Assembly (NCBI GenBank): GCA_963667785.2
Contig: CAXXMU010000005.1
Span: 32,001 to 96,000, forward strand
Direction of reading: 5' to 3'
Source: Alphaproteobacteria bacterium
GTDB taxonomy: Bacteria > Pseudomonadota > Alphaproteobacteria > UBA828
Length of the DNA stretch: 64,000 nt
Part shown: piece after piece, positions 29,081 to 37,577 of the stretch
Layout: each line of letters starts with the position of its first letter
How positions within the stretch are numbered: the stretch's first letter is position 1
Notes under the pieces: generated by a model
Database searches by the model: none
What the model saw: the letters and a program-made list of their open reading frames with translations, nothing else
Told to the model about the DNA's origin: nothing
Program-made: the position numbers and the translations under genes

Positions 29081-31768
29081 ATGTTCGGCAGCGGCCAAGA
29101 CAAGCGCAATCTCCTGATCGCGATCGGGGCGATCTTCGTCGTCCTGGTCGGCTGGCAGTTCCTCATGCCCGCGCTCTTCCCGCCGGACGAGCGGCCGAGG
29201 CGCGTCGTGGAGCAGACCGACCGCGCGCCCTCGCCGGCGGATCAGGCGGCGGCAGGCCCGGCGCCGGGCGTGGAGGCACCGGCCGAAGGGCTGGGCCAGG
29301 CCGGTATCGACAGCCCGCGGGTGACGATCGATTCGCCCAGGCTCAGCGGCTCGATCTCCCGGCTCGGCGGGCGCATCGATTCCGTCACGCTCCTCGACTA
29401 TCACGAGACCGCGGACGAGGAGAGCCCGAACATCGTGCTGCTCCAGCCGCGCGACGCCGTGCGCCCCTACTTCGCCGATTTCGGCTGGCTCACCGCGGCC
29501 GAGGGCATCGCGCTGCCGCAGCCCGATACCCTCTGGGCGGCCGACAGCGGGACGCTCTCGCCCGGCAAGCCGGTCACGCTGCGGTGGGACAACGGCGCCG
29601 GGCTCTCGTTCACCCGCAAGATCGAGATCGACGAGAACTTCGTCTTCACCGTCACCCAGTCGGTGCTCAACACCACCGGCGGCCCGCTCGCGCTCACGCC
29701 CTATTCGCTGGTCGCGCGCTTCAGCGACGCCACCGAGTCCATCCTGCCGTTCAAGCCGCTCTTCATCTTCCAGGACGGCGCCCTCGGCATCTTCGGCGAG
29801 GACTACCGGGACGCCGACTACGAGGAGATGCGCGACGCCTTCGACGCGGGCGAGGGCTACCGCTACGAGGCTACCGGCGGCTGGCTGGGGCTGACGGACA
29901 AGTACTGGCTGGTGGCGCTGATCCCCGACCAGGAGGTCGCCTTCAAGGGCAGCTTCGAGTACGTGCCGGTGGACGGCGGCAACGCCGATTCCTTCCAGAC
30001 CATCTACGAGGCGGAACCGCTCACCGTGAATCCGGGGCAGTCGGTCTCGCTCACCTCGCACCTCTTCGCCGGCGCCAAGGAGATCAGCCTCCTCGACGAC
30101 TACGAGGAGTCGCTGGGCGTGGACCGGCTGGACCTCTCGGTCGACTTCGGGCCGGCCTGGTTCCTGTCGAAGCCGTTGTTCTACGTCATCGACTTCTTCA
30201 ACCGGGCCACCGGCAACTTCGGCGTCGCCATCCTGCTGCTGACGATCTGCGTGCGCGTGCTGCTGTTCCCGCTCGCCAACAAGGCCTACGCGTCGATGAG
30301 CCGCATGCGCAAGCTGCAGCCCGAGATGATCCGCCTGCGCGAGCGCTACAAGGACGACAAGCAGCGGGCAAACACCGAGCTGATGAAGCTCTACCGCGAG
30401 CAGAAGGCCAATCCGGTCGCGGGCTGCCTGCCGCTGCTGGCGCAGATTCCGGTGTTCTTCGCCCTCTACTACATGCTGTTCGTCACCATCGAGATGCGGC
30501 ATGCGCCCTTCTTCGGCTGGATCCACGACCTGTCTGCGCCAGACCCGCTGACCTTCATCACCGCCTTCGGCTTCCTCGAGTGGCCGGCGCCGGAGTTCCT
30601 GCTGGTCGGTATCTGGCCGCTCATCTTCGGCGCGACCATGTGGCTGCAGATGAAGCTCAACCCGCAGCCGATGGAGCCGATCCAGCAGAAGATCCTGATG
30701 GCGCTGCCCATCATCTTCCTCTTTCTGTTCGCGCGCTTCCCGGCCGGGCTGGTGGTCTATTGGACCTGGAACAACGTGCTCTCGATCGGCCAGCAGTGGC
30801 TGATCATGCGGCGCATGGGCATCACCCGCCAAAGCCTCGCCGAGGACGCCGAGAAGATAAAGAAGATCAAGGAGGCGGCGGAGAAAGGCGAGCTGCTGAA
30901 GCCGAGCCGGTCGAGCCGCAAGAAGAGCACGCGCAGCGGGGCTGCCAAGGAAGGCGCGCGCCCCCGCGGCGAGGGCACAGCGCGGCGCGATGGCGACGCA
31001 CGGCGGGCCGGTGCCGCGCGCACCGGCAAGGCCCAGTCCCGGCCCAGCGACGCGCGGCGGGACGGAGGCGCGCGCGAGGATCGCCAGGCACGCCGCGACG
31101 GGCCTGCGCGCCGGGACGACGCGCCCCGCCGCAAGCCTGCCGCGGCGCAGGCGCCGGGTGGCGCGCAGAAGAGCCGCAGCAAGGACCCCGCCCGCAAGGG
31201 TCCCGCCCGCAAGCGCACTCCCCAGGCCGAGGAGGCACGCGGCGCCAAGCGGACGCGGTCCGCCCGGCCGGAGAAGACGCGGAGCGAGAGCGCAACGACG
31301 ACCGCCAAACAGGCCGCCGCCAAGCAGGCCGCCGCCGAGCGGGCGCGGCAGGCGCGGCGCAAGGCCATGGCCCGCAAGCAGCAGCGCAAGGCGGCGGCGA
31401 GCCGGCGCAAGCAGGCGCCCACCGCCGACCAGCCGACCAGCCTGATGGAGCGACTGAAGGTCGGTCTCGGCATACCGCCGTCGGAGGCCGAAATGGCCGC
31501 CAGGCGCAGGCCGGCACCCGCGTCCGAGGAAAAGCCCAGGAAGTCGCGCCGGCAGCGCAAGGCGGAGCGCGCCGCCGCCCGCGGCACCGACGCGAGCGAG
31601 GCCCCGGCCGAGAGCCGGGCGGATGCGCCGCCCGCCGATGCGGCGGCGGACGACGCGGGCGCACAGGAGACACCTCCGGGCACGCCCGGCGACGGCGGCG
31701 AATGGACGAGCCAGGACAGGCCGAGGCGGCGGCGGCAGAGAACGCGGAAGCGCGCGCGACGGCGATAG
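29081..31768 (+). CDS. yidC: membrane protein insertase YidC with a long basic C-terminal extension
   Basis: GWLGLTDKYW, NFGVAILLLT, NPVAGCLP, WIHDLSAPD, YWTWNNVLS; synteny with rpmH-rnpA-yidD. Confidence 0.96.
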   Translation: MFGSGQDKRNLLIAIGAIFVVLVGWQFLMPALFPPDERPRRVVEQTDRAPSPADQAAAGPAPGVEAPAEGLGQAGIDSPRVTIDSPRLSGSISRLGGRIDSVTLLDYHETADEESPNIVLLQPRDAVRPYFADFGWLTAAEGIALPQPDTLWAADSGTLSPGKPVTLRWDNGAGLSFTRKIEIDENFVFTVTQSVLNTTGGPLALTPYSLVARFSDATESILPFKPLFIFQDGALGIFGEDYRDADYEEMRDAFDAGEGYRYEATGGWLGLTDKYWLVALIPDQEVAFKGSFEYVPVDGGNADSFQTIYEAEPLTVNPGQSVSLTSHLFAGAKEISLLDDYEESLGVDRLDLSVDFGPAWFLSKPLFYVIDFFNRATGNFGVAILLLTICVRVLLFPLANKAYASMSRMRKLQPEMIRLRERYKDDKQRANTELMKLYREQKANPVAGCLPLLAQIPVFFALYYMLFVTIEMRHAPFFGWIHDLSAPDPLTFITAFGFLEWPAPEFLLVGIWPLIFGATMWLQMKLNPQPMEPIQQKILMALPIIFLFLFARFPAGLVVYWTWNNVLSIGQQWLIMRRMGITRQSLAEDAEKIKKIKEAAEKGELLKPSRSSRKKSTRSGAAKEGARPRGEGTARRDGDARRAGAARTGKAQSRPSDARRDGGAREDRQARRDGPARRDDAPRRKPAAAQAPGGAQKSRSKDPARKGPARKRTPQAEEARGAKRTRSARPEKTRSESATTTAKQAAAKQAAAERARQARRKAMARKQQRKAAASRRKQAPTADQPTSLMERLKVGLGIPPSEAEMAARRRPAPASEEKPRKSRRQRKAERAAARGTDASEAPAESRADAPPADAAADDAGAQETPPGTPGDGGEWTSQDRPRRRRQRTRKRARRR

Positions 31769-32388
31769 AGGAGGGCCGCCGGCTGTTCGCCAGGCCCTGC
31801 CGCTTCGTCGCGGGCGCCGCCGGGCCGGAGGCGCTGCCCGCGCCCGGGCTGCCCGAGATCGCCTTCGCCGGCCGCTCCAACGTCGGCAAGTCGAGCCTCG
31901 TCAACGCGCTCACCGGCCGGCGCGCGCTCGCCCGCACCTCCAACACGCCGGGGCGCACGCGGGAGCTCAACTTCTTCGAGCTGGACGGGCGCCTGATGCT
32001 CGTCGACCTGCCGGGCTACGGCTACGCCGCCGCCTCCAAGACCAGGATCAAGGCCTGGACCCGGCTCGCGGACACCTACCTGCGCGGCCGGCCGACGCTG
32101 AGACGGGTCTGCCTTCTGCTCGATGCGCGTCGCGGCATCGGCGCGGCCGACGAGCCGGTGATGGCCGCCTTTGACCGGAGCGCCGTCTCCTTCCTCGCGG
32201 TGCTGACCAAGTGCGACAAGCTCGCGCCGGAGGCGCTCGCCGCGCAGACCGCCGCGCTCGAGAAGGCGCTCGCCGCCCACGTCGCCGCCTACCCGACCCT
32301 GATCGCCACCAGCGCGCGCACCGGCGCCGGCATCGAGGCGCTCAGGAGCCACCTCGCGGCGCTGGCCACGGCAGACAGAATGGGTTAG
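31702..32388 (+). CDS. engB: ribosome biogenesis GTPase EngB/YihA
   Basis: AFAGRSNVGKSSL, SNTPGRT, DLPGYGY, TKCDK. Confidence 0.95.
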   Translation: MDEPGQAEAAAAENAEARATAIEEGRRLFARPCRFVAGAAGPEALPAPGLPEIAFAGRSNVGKSSLVNALTGRRALARTSNTPGRTRELNFFELDGRLMLVDLPGYGYAAASKTRIKAWTRLADTYLRGRPTLRRVCLLLDARRGIGAADEPVMAAFDRSAVSFLAVLTKCDKLAPEALAAQTAALEKALAAHVAAYPTLIATSARTGAGIEALRSHLAALATADRMG

Positions 32389-32451
32389 TGATCCGCGGCC
32401 GGGCGGCGCGCAGAGGCCCGCCCGCCCCCCTCGCCACCCGTCGAGCACCCC

Positions 32452-33354
32452 GTGCAGCGCATCAGCGACACCAAACATTGGCTGCGCACCGCGGCCACGA
32501 TCTCCGAGGCGCTGCCCTACATGCGGCGCTTCGCGGGCCGGAGCCTGGTGATCAAGTATGGCGGCCACGCCATGGGCGATGCGGCGCTCGCCCGCAGCTT
32601 CGCGCGCGACGTGGTGCTGCTCAAGCAGATCGGCATCAGGCCGGTGGTGGTCCACGGCGGCGGCCCGCAGATCGGCCGGATGCTGGCCCGCCTCGGCATC
32701 GAGAGCGACTTCGTCGACGGGCTGCGCGTCACCGACGCGGCCACCATCGAGGTCGTCGAGATGGTGCTGGCGGGCGCGATCAACAAGGAGATCGTGACCA
32801 CCATCGGCGCGGAAGGCGGCATCGCGGTGGGCCTCAGCGGCAAGGACGGCAAGCTGATCGAGGCGGAGCCCCTGGCCCGGCGCACGCGCGATGCCGAGAC
32901 CGGCGCCGAGCGCCTGGCCGAGCTCGGCTTCGTCGGCGAGCCCCGCCGCATCAATGCCGCACTGCTCGACCATCTGGGCGATTCCGACATCATCCCGGTG
33001 ATCGCGCCCATCGGCGTCGGCGCAGGCGGCGAGACCTACAATATCAATGCCGACACCGCCGCGGGCGCCATCGCGTCCGCACTCTCGGCCGCGAAGCTCC
33101 TGCTGCTGACCGACGTCCCCGGCGTGCTCGATGCAGACGGCACGCTCATCAGCCAGATGACGACCGCCGATGCCGGGCGGCTGCTCGCGAGCGAGGCCGT
33201 GAGCGGCGGCATGATCCCCAAGCTCGAGACCTGCCTCGCGGCGATCGAGCGCTCGACCGAGGCGGCCCACATCCTGGACGGCCGCCTGCCCCACGTGGTC
33301 CTGCTGGAGCTCTTCACCGAGCACGGCACCGGCACCATGATCGTGCCCGGCTAG
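32452..33354 (+). CDS. argB: acetylglutamate kinase
   Basis: [30 protein letters not shown]. Confidence 0.97.
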   Translation: MQRISDTKHWLRTAATISEALPYMRRFAGRSLVIKYGGHAMGDAALARSFARDVVLLKQIGIRPVVVHGGGPQIGRMLARLGIESDFVDGLRVTDAATIEVVEMVLAGAINKEIVTTIGAEGGIAVGLSGKDGKLIEAEPLARRTRDAETGAERLAELGFVGEPRRINAALLDHLGDSDIIPVIAPIGVGAGGETYNINADTAAGAIASALSAAKLLLLTDVPGVLDADGTLISQMTTADAGRLLASEAVSGGMIPKLETCLAAIERSTEAAHILDGRLPHVVLLELFTEHGTGTMIVPG

Positions 33355-33582
33355 GCCCCAAGTGACACAGCCCCCCCTCGTTTTTTATGCGGAATATCCC
33401 GGGACAACCCGGCACAAAGCGGCACGAACCGGCATAATTTGGGGGGGCAAACGGCGGCGGTGCGGGGCTCGCCGCCGATCCTGCCTCCGCCTGCCGTCGC
33501 TCGCTGACTCGTCCGACCCATGACGCGAGCCTGACGCAGAGGCCACGGCCTGTGCACCGCACCATGGTCCGGGGTCGCGCGG

Positions 33583-33745
33583 GCCTGAGTCGCTCGCGCC
33601 TGCAAGGTCGCGAGCGCGGTATGTGAGTCCGCGCCTGAGTCGCTCGTGCCTGCAAGGTCACGAGCGCCGAAAGAAAGTTCGCGCCCGAAGGGTCGCGAGC
33701 GCGGTACATCAAAGTCGCGAGCGCGGACGAAGAGTTCGCGCCCGC
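33583..33745. repeat. cluster of tandem hairpin repeats (two 35-bp copies plus variants)
   Basis: GCCTGAGTCGCTCG(C/T)GCCTGCAAGGTC(G/A)CGAGCGC at 33583 and 33633; related GTTCGCGCCCGAAGGGTCGCGAGCGC at 33677. Confidence 0.85.
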
Positions 33746-33811
33746 CTTGACGCGGCCGGGGCGCTTGGCTATTCAGCGGAGCAGGATCGCCAACCGGGGG
33801 CTTCGCAACCC

Positions 33812-33970
33812 ATGCCCTGGGACCTTGGACTGCCGCTGCTGGTCGCGCTCGCGACGCTCATCCTCTCGATCGGGATATTCTGGTCGGCGAAGACGCTGCT
33901 CTTCGACGCGCGCCAGCGCGAAGGCACCGACGCGGGCCCCGGCGACGTGGACGCGGGCGCCCACGACTAG
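33812..33970 (+). CDS. small single-pass membrane protein (52 aa)
   Basis: MPWDLGLPLLVALATLILSIGIFWSAKTLLF...; TTGACG-N17-TATTCA upstream at 33747. Confidence 0.55.
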   Translation: MPWDLGLPLLVALATLILSIGIFWSAKTLLFDARQREGTDAGPGDVDAGAHD

Positions 33971-33990
33971 CGCCTCGCCGCCGCGCGCGG

Positions 33991-34139
33991 CTAGATAGTT
34001 TCAGTTTCTTACGGAAGCGCTCCAGCTATTTTCGCTCACGGCAGCCGGCCTGCGGCCGGCGCCTCCGCGAGGGCGCCGCATAAGCGGCGGGCCGCAGTCG
34101 CGGCCTGTCGCGAGTCCGTCAGGGACGGACTCGCTCTAG
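33991..34139. repeat. CTAG-bounded structured dispersed repeat (MITE/CIR/RIME-like), copy 1
   Basis: Shares TTTTCGCTCACGGCAGCCGGC, GCGCCGCATAAGCGGCGGGCCGC.GTCGCGGCCTGTCGCGAG and CTCGCTCTAG with 51464-51641. Confidence 0.85.
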
Positions 34140-34984
34140 CTCACCGGCACGTTGTCGATGAGCCGCGTCTCGCCCAGCCACGCGGCGGCGAGCACCCGCG
34201 CCGGGCCGGAGACCCGGTCCACCGGCTCCAGCGTCTCGGCATCGCAGACCGCGAGATAGTCGATGCGGGTAAACCCCGCCGCCTCGAGCGTCGCGGTGCC
34301 GTCCGCGATCTGATCGGCCGCCGCGGCGCCGCCTGCGAGCGCCGCCGCCATCCCGCTCAGCACCTGGAAGAGCCGGGGCGCGATCCGCCGCTCGTCCGCC
34401 GAGAGATAGGCGTTGCGCGACGACAGCGCGAGCCCGTCGCCTGCGCGCACCGTGGGCACCGCCTCGATCCGGCAGGGGATGTCGAGGTCGGCGACCAGCC
34501 GGCGCACCACGATGAGCTGCTGGTAGTCCTTCTCGCCGAAGAGCGCGACGTCGGGCAGGCACTGCAGCAGCAGCTTGGTGACGACCGTGGCGACGCCGGC
34601 GAAGAAGTGGGGGCGCGCGGCGCCCTCCAGCCCGGCGCTGACGCCATCCACCGTCACCGTAGTCGCGAAGCCCGGCGGGTAGACCGCCTCGGTCGGCGGC
34701 ATGAAGACCGCGTCGACCTCGGCGGCGGCGAGCTTGGCGAGGTCGTCCGCCTCGTCGCGCGGGTAGAGCGCGAAGTCCTCGCCGGGCGCGAACTGGGTCG
34801 GGTTGACGAAGAGGCTGACCACGGTGCGCCCGCCGTGGGCGCGCGCGGCATGGACCAGCGCCAGGTGACCCTCGTGCAGCGCGCCCATGGTGGGCACGAG
34901 CGCGACCGGGAGCCCGCCCGCCCGCCAGATGGAGACGGCCTCGCGCAGGCCTGCGACGCTCGGGAGGACCACCGGCGCCGTCAC
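34136..34984 (-). CDS. panC: pantoate-beta-alanine ligase
   Basis: VPTMGALHEGH, FVNPTQF, FGEKDYQQ, GLALSSRN, RLIDN. Confidence 0.97.
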   Translation of the reverse strand: MTAPVVLPSVAGLREAVSIWRAGGLPVALVPTMGALHEGHLALVHAARAHGGRTVVSLFVNPTQFAPGEDFALYPRDEADDLAKLAAAEVDAVFMPPTEAVYPPGFATTVTVDGVSAGLEGAARPHFFAGVATVVTKLLLQCLPDVALFGEKDYQQLIVVRRLVADLDIPCRIEAVPTVRAGDGLALSSRNAYLSADERRIAPRLFQVLSGMAAALAGGAAAADQIADGTATLEAAGFTRIDYLAVCDAETLEPVDRVSGPARVLAAAWLGETRLIDNVPVS

Positions 34985-35022
34985 CGGCCGTAACCTTGGG
35001 CGGGAGCCGGCGCCGGCCCTCG

Positions 35023-35865
35023 TCAGGCCTTGGATTCCTTGCGCGGCGCCGCCGGGTTCGCCGTGTGCTCCGGTCCCGGGAAGCGGCGCGCGCGCACGTC
35101 GGCGGCGTAGTCCCGCGCGGCCTGCGCGAGCCCGTCGCCGAGCGCGGCGTAGCGCTTGACGAAGCGGGGCGTGAACGCGCCGGCAAGGCCGACGATGTCC
35201 TCGGTGACGAGGATCTGGCCGTCGCAGGCCGGCGAGGCGCCGATGCCGATGGTGGGCACCGCGAGCTCGTGGGTGAGCGTGCGCGAGAGCAACTCGACCG
35301 TGTTCTCGATGACGATGCCGAAGGCGCCGGCGGCCTCGACCGCGCGGGCGTCGGCGAGGATGCGGCGCGCGCTCTCCTCGGTCCTGCCCTGCACCCGGAA
35401 CCCGCCCGCGGCGTTGACCGACTGCGGCATCAGCCCGACATGGCCGAGCACGGGCACGCCGCGCGCCGTCAGGAAGCCGATCGTCTCGGCCATCTCCTGC
35501 CCGCCCTCGAGCTTGACCGCGGTCGAGCCGGTCTCCGCCATGACGCGGGCGGCCGTCTCGAAGGCCTGGGCGGGCGAGCCCTCGTAGGAGCCGAAGGGCA
35601 GATCGACGACGATGCAGGCCCGCCTGGTGGCGCGAACCACCGCGCGGCCGTGGCCGATCATCGTCTCCACCGTGACGCCGACCGTGGACTCCATGCCGTA
35701 GAGCACCATGCCGAGCGAATCGCCCACGAGAATGAGGTCGCAGGCCTCGTCGACGGCCCGCGCCACCGGCGCGGTGTAGGCGGTCAGGCAGACGATGGGC
35801 GCGCCTCCCTTGGCGCGGGCGATGTCCCGGACGGTCAGTCGCCGGACTGCGCTGTGGTCTGGCAT
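35023..35865 (-). CDS. panB: 3-methyl-2-oxobutanoate hydroxymethyltransferase
   Basis: [32 protein letters not shown]. Confidence 0.97.
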   Translation of the reverse strand: MPDHSAVRRLTVRDIARAKGGAPIVCLTAYTAPVARAVDEACDLILVGDSLGMVLYGMESTVGVTVETMIGHGRAVVRATRRACIVVDLPFGSYEGSPAQAFETAARVMAETGSTAVKLEGGQEMAETIGFLTARGVPVLGHVGLMPQSVNAAGGFRVQGRTEESARRILADARAVEAAGAFGIVIENTVELLSRTLTHELAVPTIGIGASPACDGQILVTEDIVGLAGAFTPRFVKRYAALGDGLAQAARDYAADVRARRFPGPEHTANPAAPRKESKA

Positions 35866-35920
35866 CTCACTGCCTCCCTGGCGAGGCCTGCGGGTCTCCC
35901 GCGGCCACCCCGGCGCGCTA

Positions 35921-35990
35921 TGTTGCGCCGCAGCAATTACTCATTGTAACAGGCTCAACGCGTTTGTGAACGGATTGTTGCAGTGCAGCA
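35921..35990. promoter_or_regulatory. two TGTTGC-N3-GCAGCA boxes upstream of panBC (PhaR/AniA-like motif)
   Basis: TGTTGCGCCGCAGCA at 35921 and TGTTGCAGTGCAGCA at 35976. Confidence 0.5.
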
Positions 35991-36014
35991 TAACCCTGCC
36001 ACGGTCTCGATATC

Positions 36015-36332
36015 TCAATTGAGGCTGCGCACGGCGCGGTAGCGGCCGTTCTCGAAGCCGCCGAAGAGCTGCGCCAGCAGCCGGTGGCGAATGGGGCCGC
36101 CGTCGGCATCGGGCTCCAGATGGCGCTCCGCAACGTAGGTCGTGTGCGCCGCGTCGTGGACGAGGACGTGATACCAGGGCCGGTCCTTCGGCGGGCGCGA
36201 GCGCGCGACCTGCTCGTACCACTGCTCGCTGCCCTGGAAGCAGGGGTCGACGTCGAAGACCACCCCGCGGTAGCCGAAGCGGCGGTGGTGAACCACCTGG
36301 CCGACCTCGAACTCTGCGGCGCTGACGGTCAC
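36015..36332 (-). CDS. hspQ: heat shock protein HspQ (YccV-like)
   Basis: GQVVHHRRFGYRGVVFDVDP, PWYHVLV, TYVAERHL. Confidence 0.92.
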   Translation of the reverse strand: MTVSAAEFEVGQVVHHRRFGYRGVVFDVDPCFQGSEQWYEQVARSRPPKDRPWYHVLVHDAAHTTYVAERHLEPDADGGPIRHRLLAQLFGGFENGRYRAVRSLN

Positions 36333-36380
36333 GGCAGGCCTCCTGCGCCCGTGGCGCCCCCCTGCGAGCGGGTGCCGGCA

Positions 36381-37445
36381 CTATAATGCGCGCCGGCCGC
36401 CGCGGACAATCGGGCCTGCCGCCGCCGGCGGCTCCGGGGAGGCCCCTTGCGCATCGCCCGCCCGCCGCCGCGCCCCGCCGCGGGCGAGCAGGTTCTTCCC
36501 CTCGGCGAGCTGCCAGGCAAGCAGGCCGGGCACGCCGATCACCAGCTCGCGCACCCGCTTCACCAGCGACAGCGCGAGCGCCACCTCCGGCCCGAGGCCC
36601 ACCATGCTGCCGAGCAGGACCATCACGCCCTCCTGCACGCCGAGCGCGCCGGGCACGAAGAAGGCGGCGGTGCGGGTCGCCAGGATGAGGCTCTCGATCA
36701 GCAGCGCATCGGCGATGCTGATCTCGTAGCCCATGAAGTAGAGCGCGGCGTAGACCTCGGCCGCGCCGAGGGTCCAGGCGGCGAGCTGGCCGGCCGCGTT
36801 CCCCGCCAGCAGCCAGCGGTGCCGGTAGAGATCGAGGACCGCCTCGTCGAGCGCCTGGGCGCCGCCGATGGCGTTGTCCCAGGCCCGCCCTCGGGCGAAG
36901 CGCGCCGCCAGGCCCATGATCCGGCCGAAGAGCCCGCGCTGCTGGAAGACGCAGAGCAGGATGACGACCACGAAGCCGCCCGCGACGCAGTAGCCGATGG
37001 CCCGCGCGATCTCGCTCTCGCCGTGGTGGGCCATCAGCAGGCCGATGCCGACCAGCGTGAAGAAGAGCAGGGTGATCGTGCTCAGCGTGAGATCGACCAC
37101 GACGCTCGCGCCCGCGACCCGGCCCGGCACGCCGCGCATGACCATGAGCCGCGAGCGCACCACCGCGCCGCCGACCTGGAACGCCGGCACCAGGGTGTTC
37201 ACCGATTCGCCGATCCAGCGCGCCCAGAGCGCCGTCAGCACCGACGGCCGGTGCTCCTTCAGGAAGAGCAGGCGCCAGACGTAGCCGTCGAGCATGATCG
37301 GCACGAGGCGCACCAGGACGACCACGGCGATGCCCCAGCTCACGGCGGCCACGGCAGCGGCCACGTCGCCGGCCCCCTGGAAGACCACGAGGCCGATGAC
37401 CAGCGCGATGCCGACGATGAGTGCGACGTAGCCCCAGCGCCTCAC
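36381..37445 (-). CDS. lysylphosphatidylglycerol-synthase TM domain / HpnL-like flippase
   Basis: Multiple TM helices, WIGESVNTLVP..QVGG, VPGALGVQEG, ALSLVKRVRE; start uncertain. Confidence 0.75.
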   Translation of the reverse strand: MRRWGYVALIVGIALVIGLVVFQGAGDVAAAVAAVSWGIAVVVLVRLVPIMLDGYVWRLLFLKEHRPSVLTALWARWIGESVNTLVPAFQVGGAVVRSRLMVMRGVPGRVAGASVVVDLTLSTITLLFFTLVGIGLLMAHHGESEIARAIGYCVAGGFVVVILLCVFQQRGLFGRIMGLAARFARGRAWDNAIGGAQALDEAVLDLYRHRWLLAGNAAGQLAAWTLGAAEVYAALYFMGYEISIADALLIESLILATRTAAFFVPGALGVQEGVMVLLGSMVGLGPEVALALSLVKRVRELVIGVPGLLAWQLAEGKNLLARGGARRRAGDAQGASPEPPAAAGPIVRGGRRAL

Positions 37446-37577
37446 CGGCAATCCCCTTCCCGCTCCTGCGCGCGAAAGACCCCCGGCGCCACCGGGGGGC
37501 GATCCATTATACCGGCCCGCCCGCCGAACGAGGCGACCCATTGTCAGGCTTGTCGGGCCGGCCGGGCGGCACCGGCG

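Noticed and set aside
29584-31701. 934-aa ORF fusing upstream sequence to engB
   Set aside because: The upstream part is an alternative frame of yidC; engB most plausibly starts at ATG 31702
33355-33460. Chromosomal replication origin near rpmH-yidC
   Set aside because: No DnaA boxes (TTATCCACA) seen and no dnaA or hemE in the window
33583-33745. Possible CRISPR array (35-bp palindromic repeats)
   Set aside because: Only two near-identical copies, a 15-bp spacer and no cas genes; better explained as REP-like hairpins
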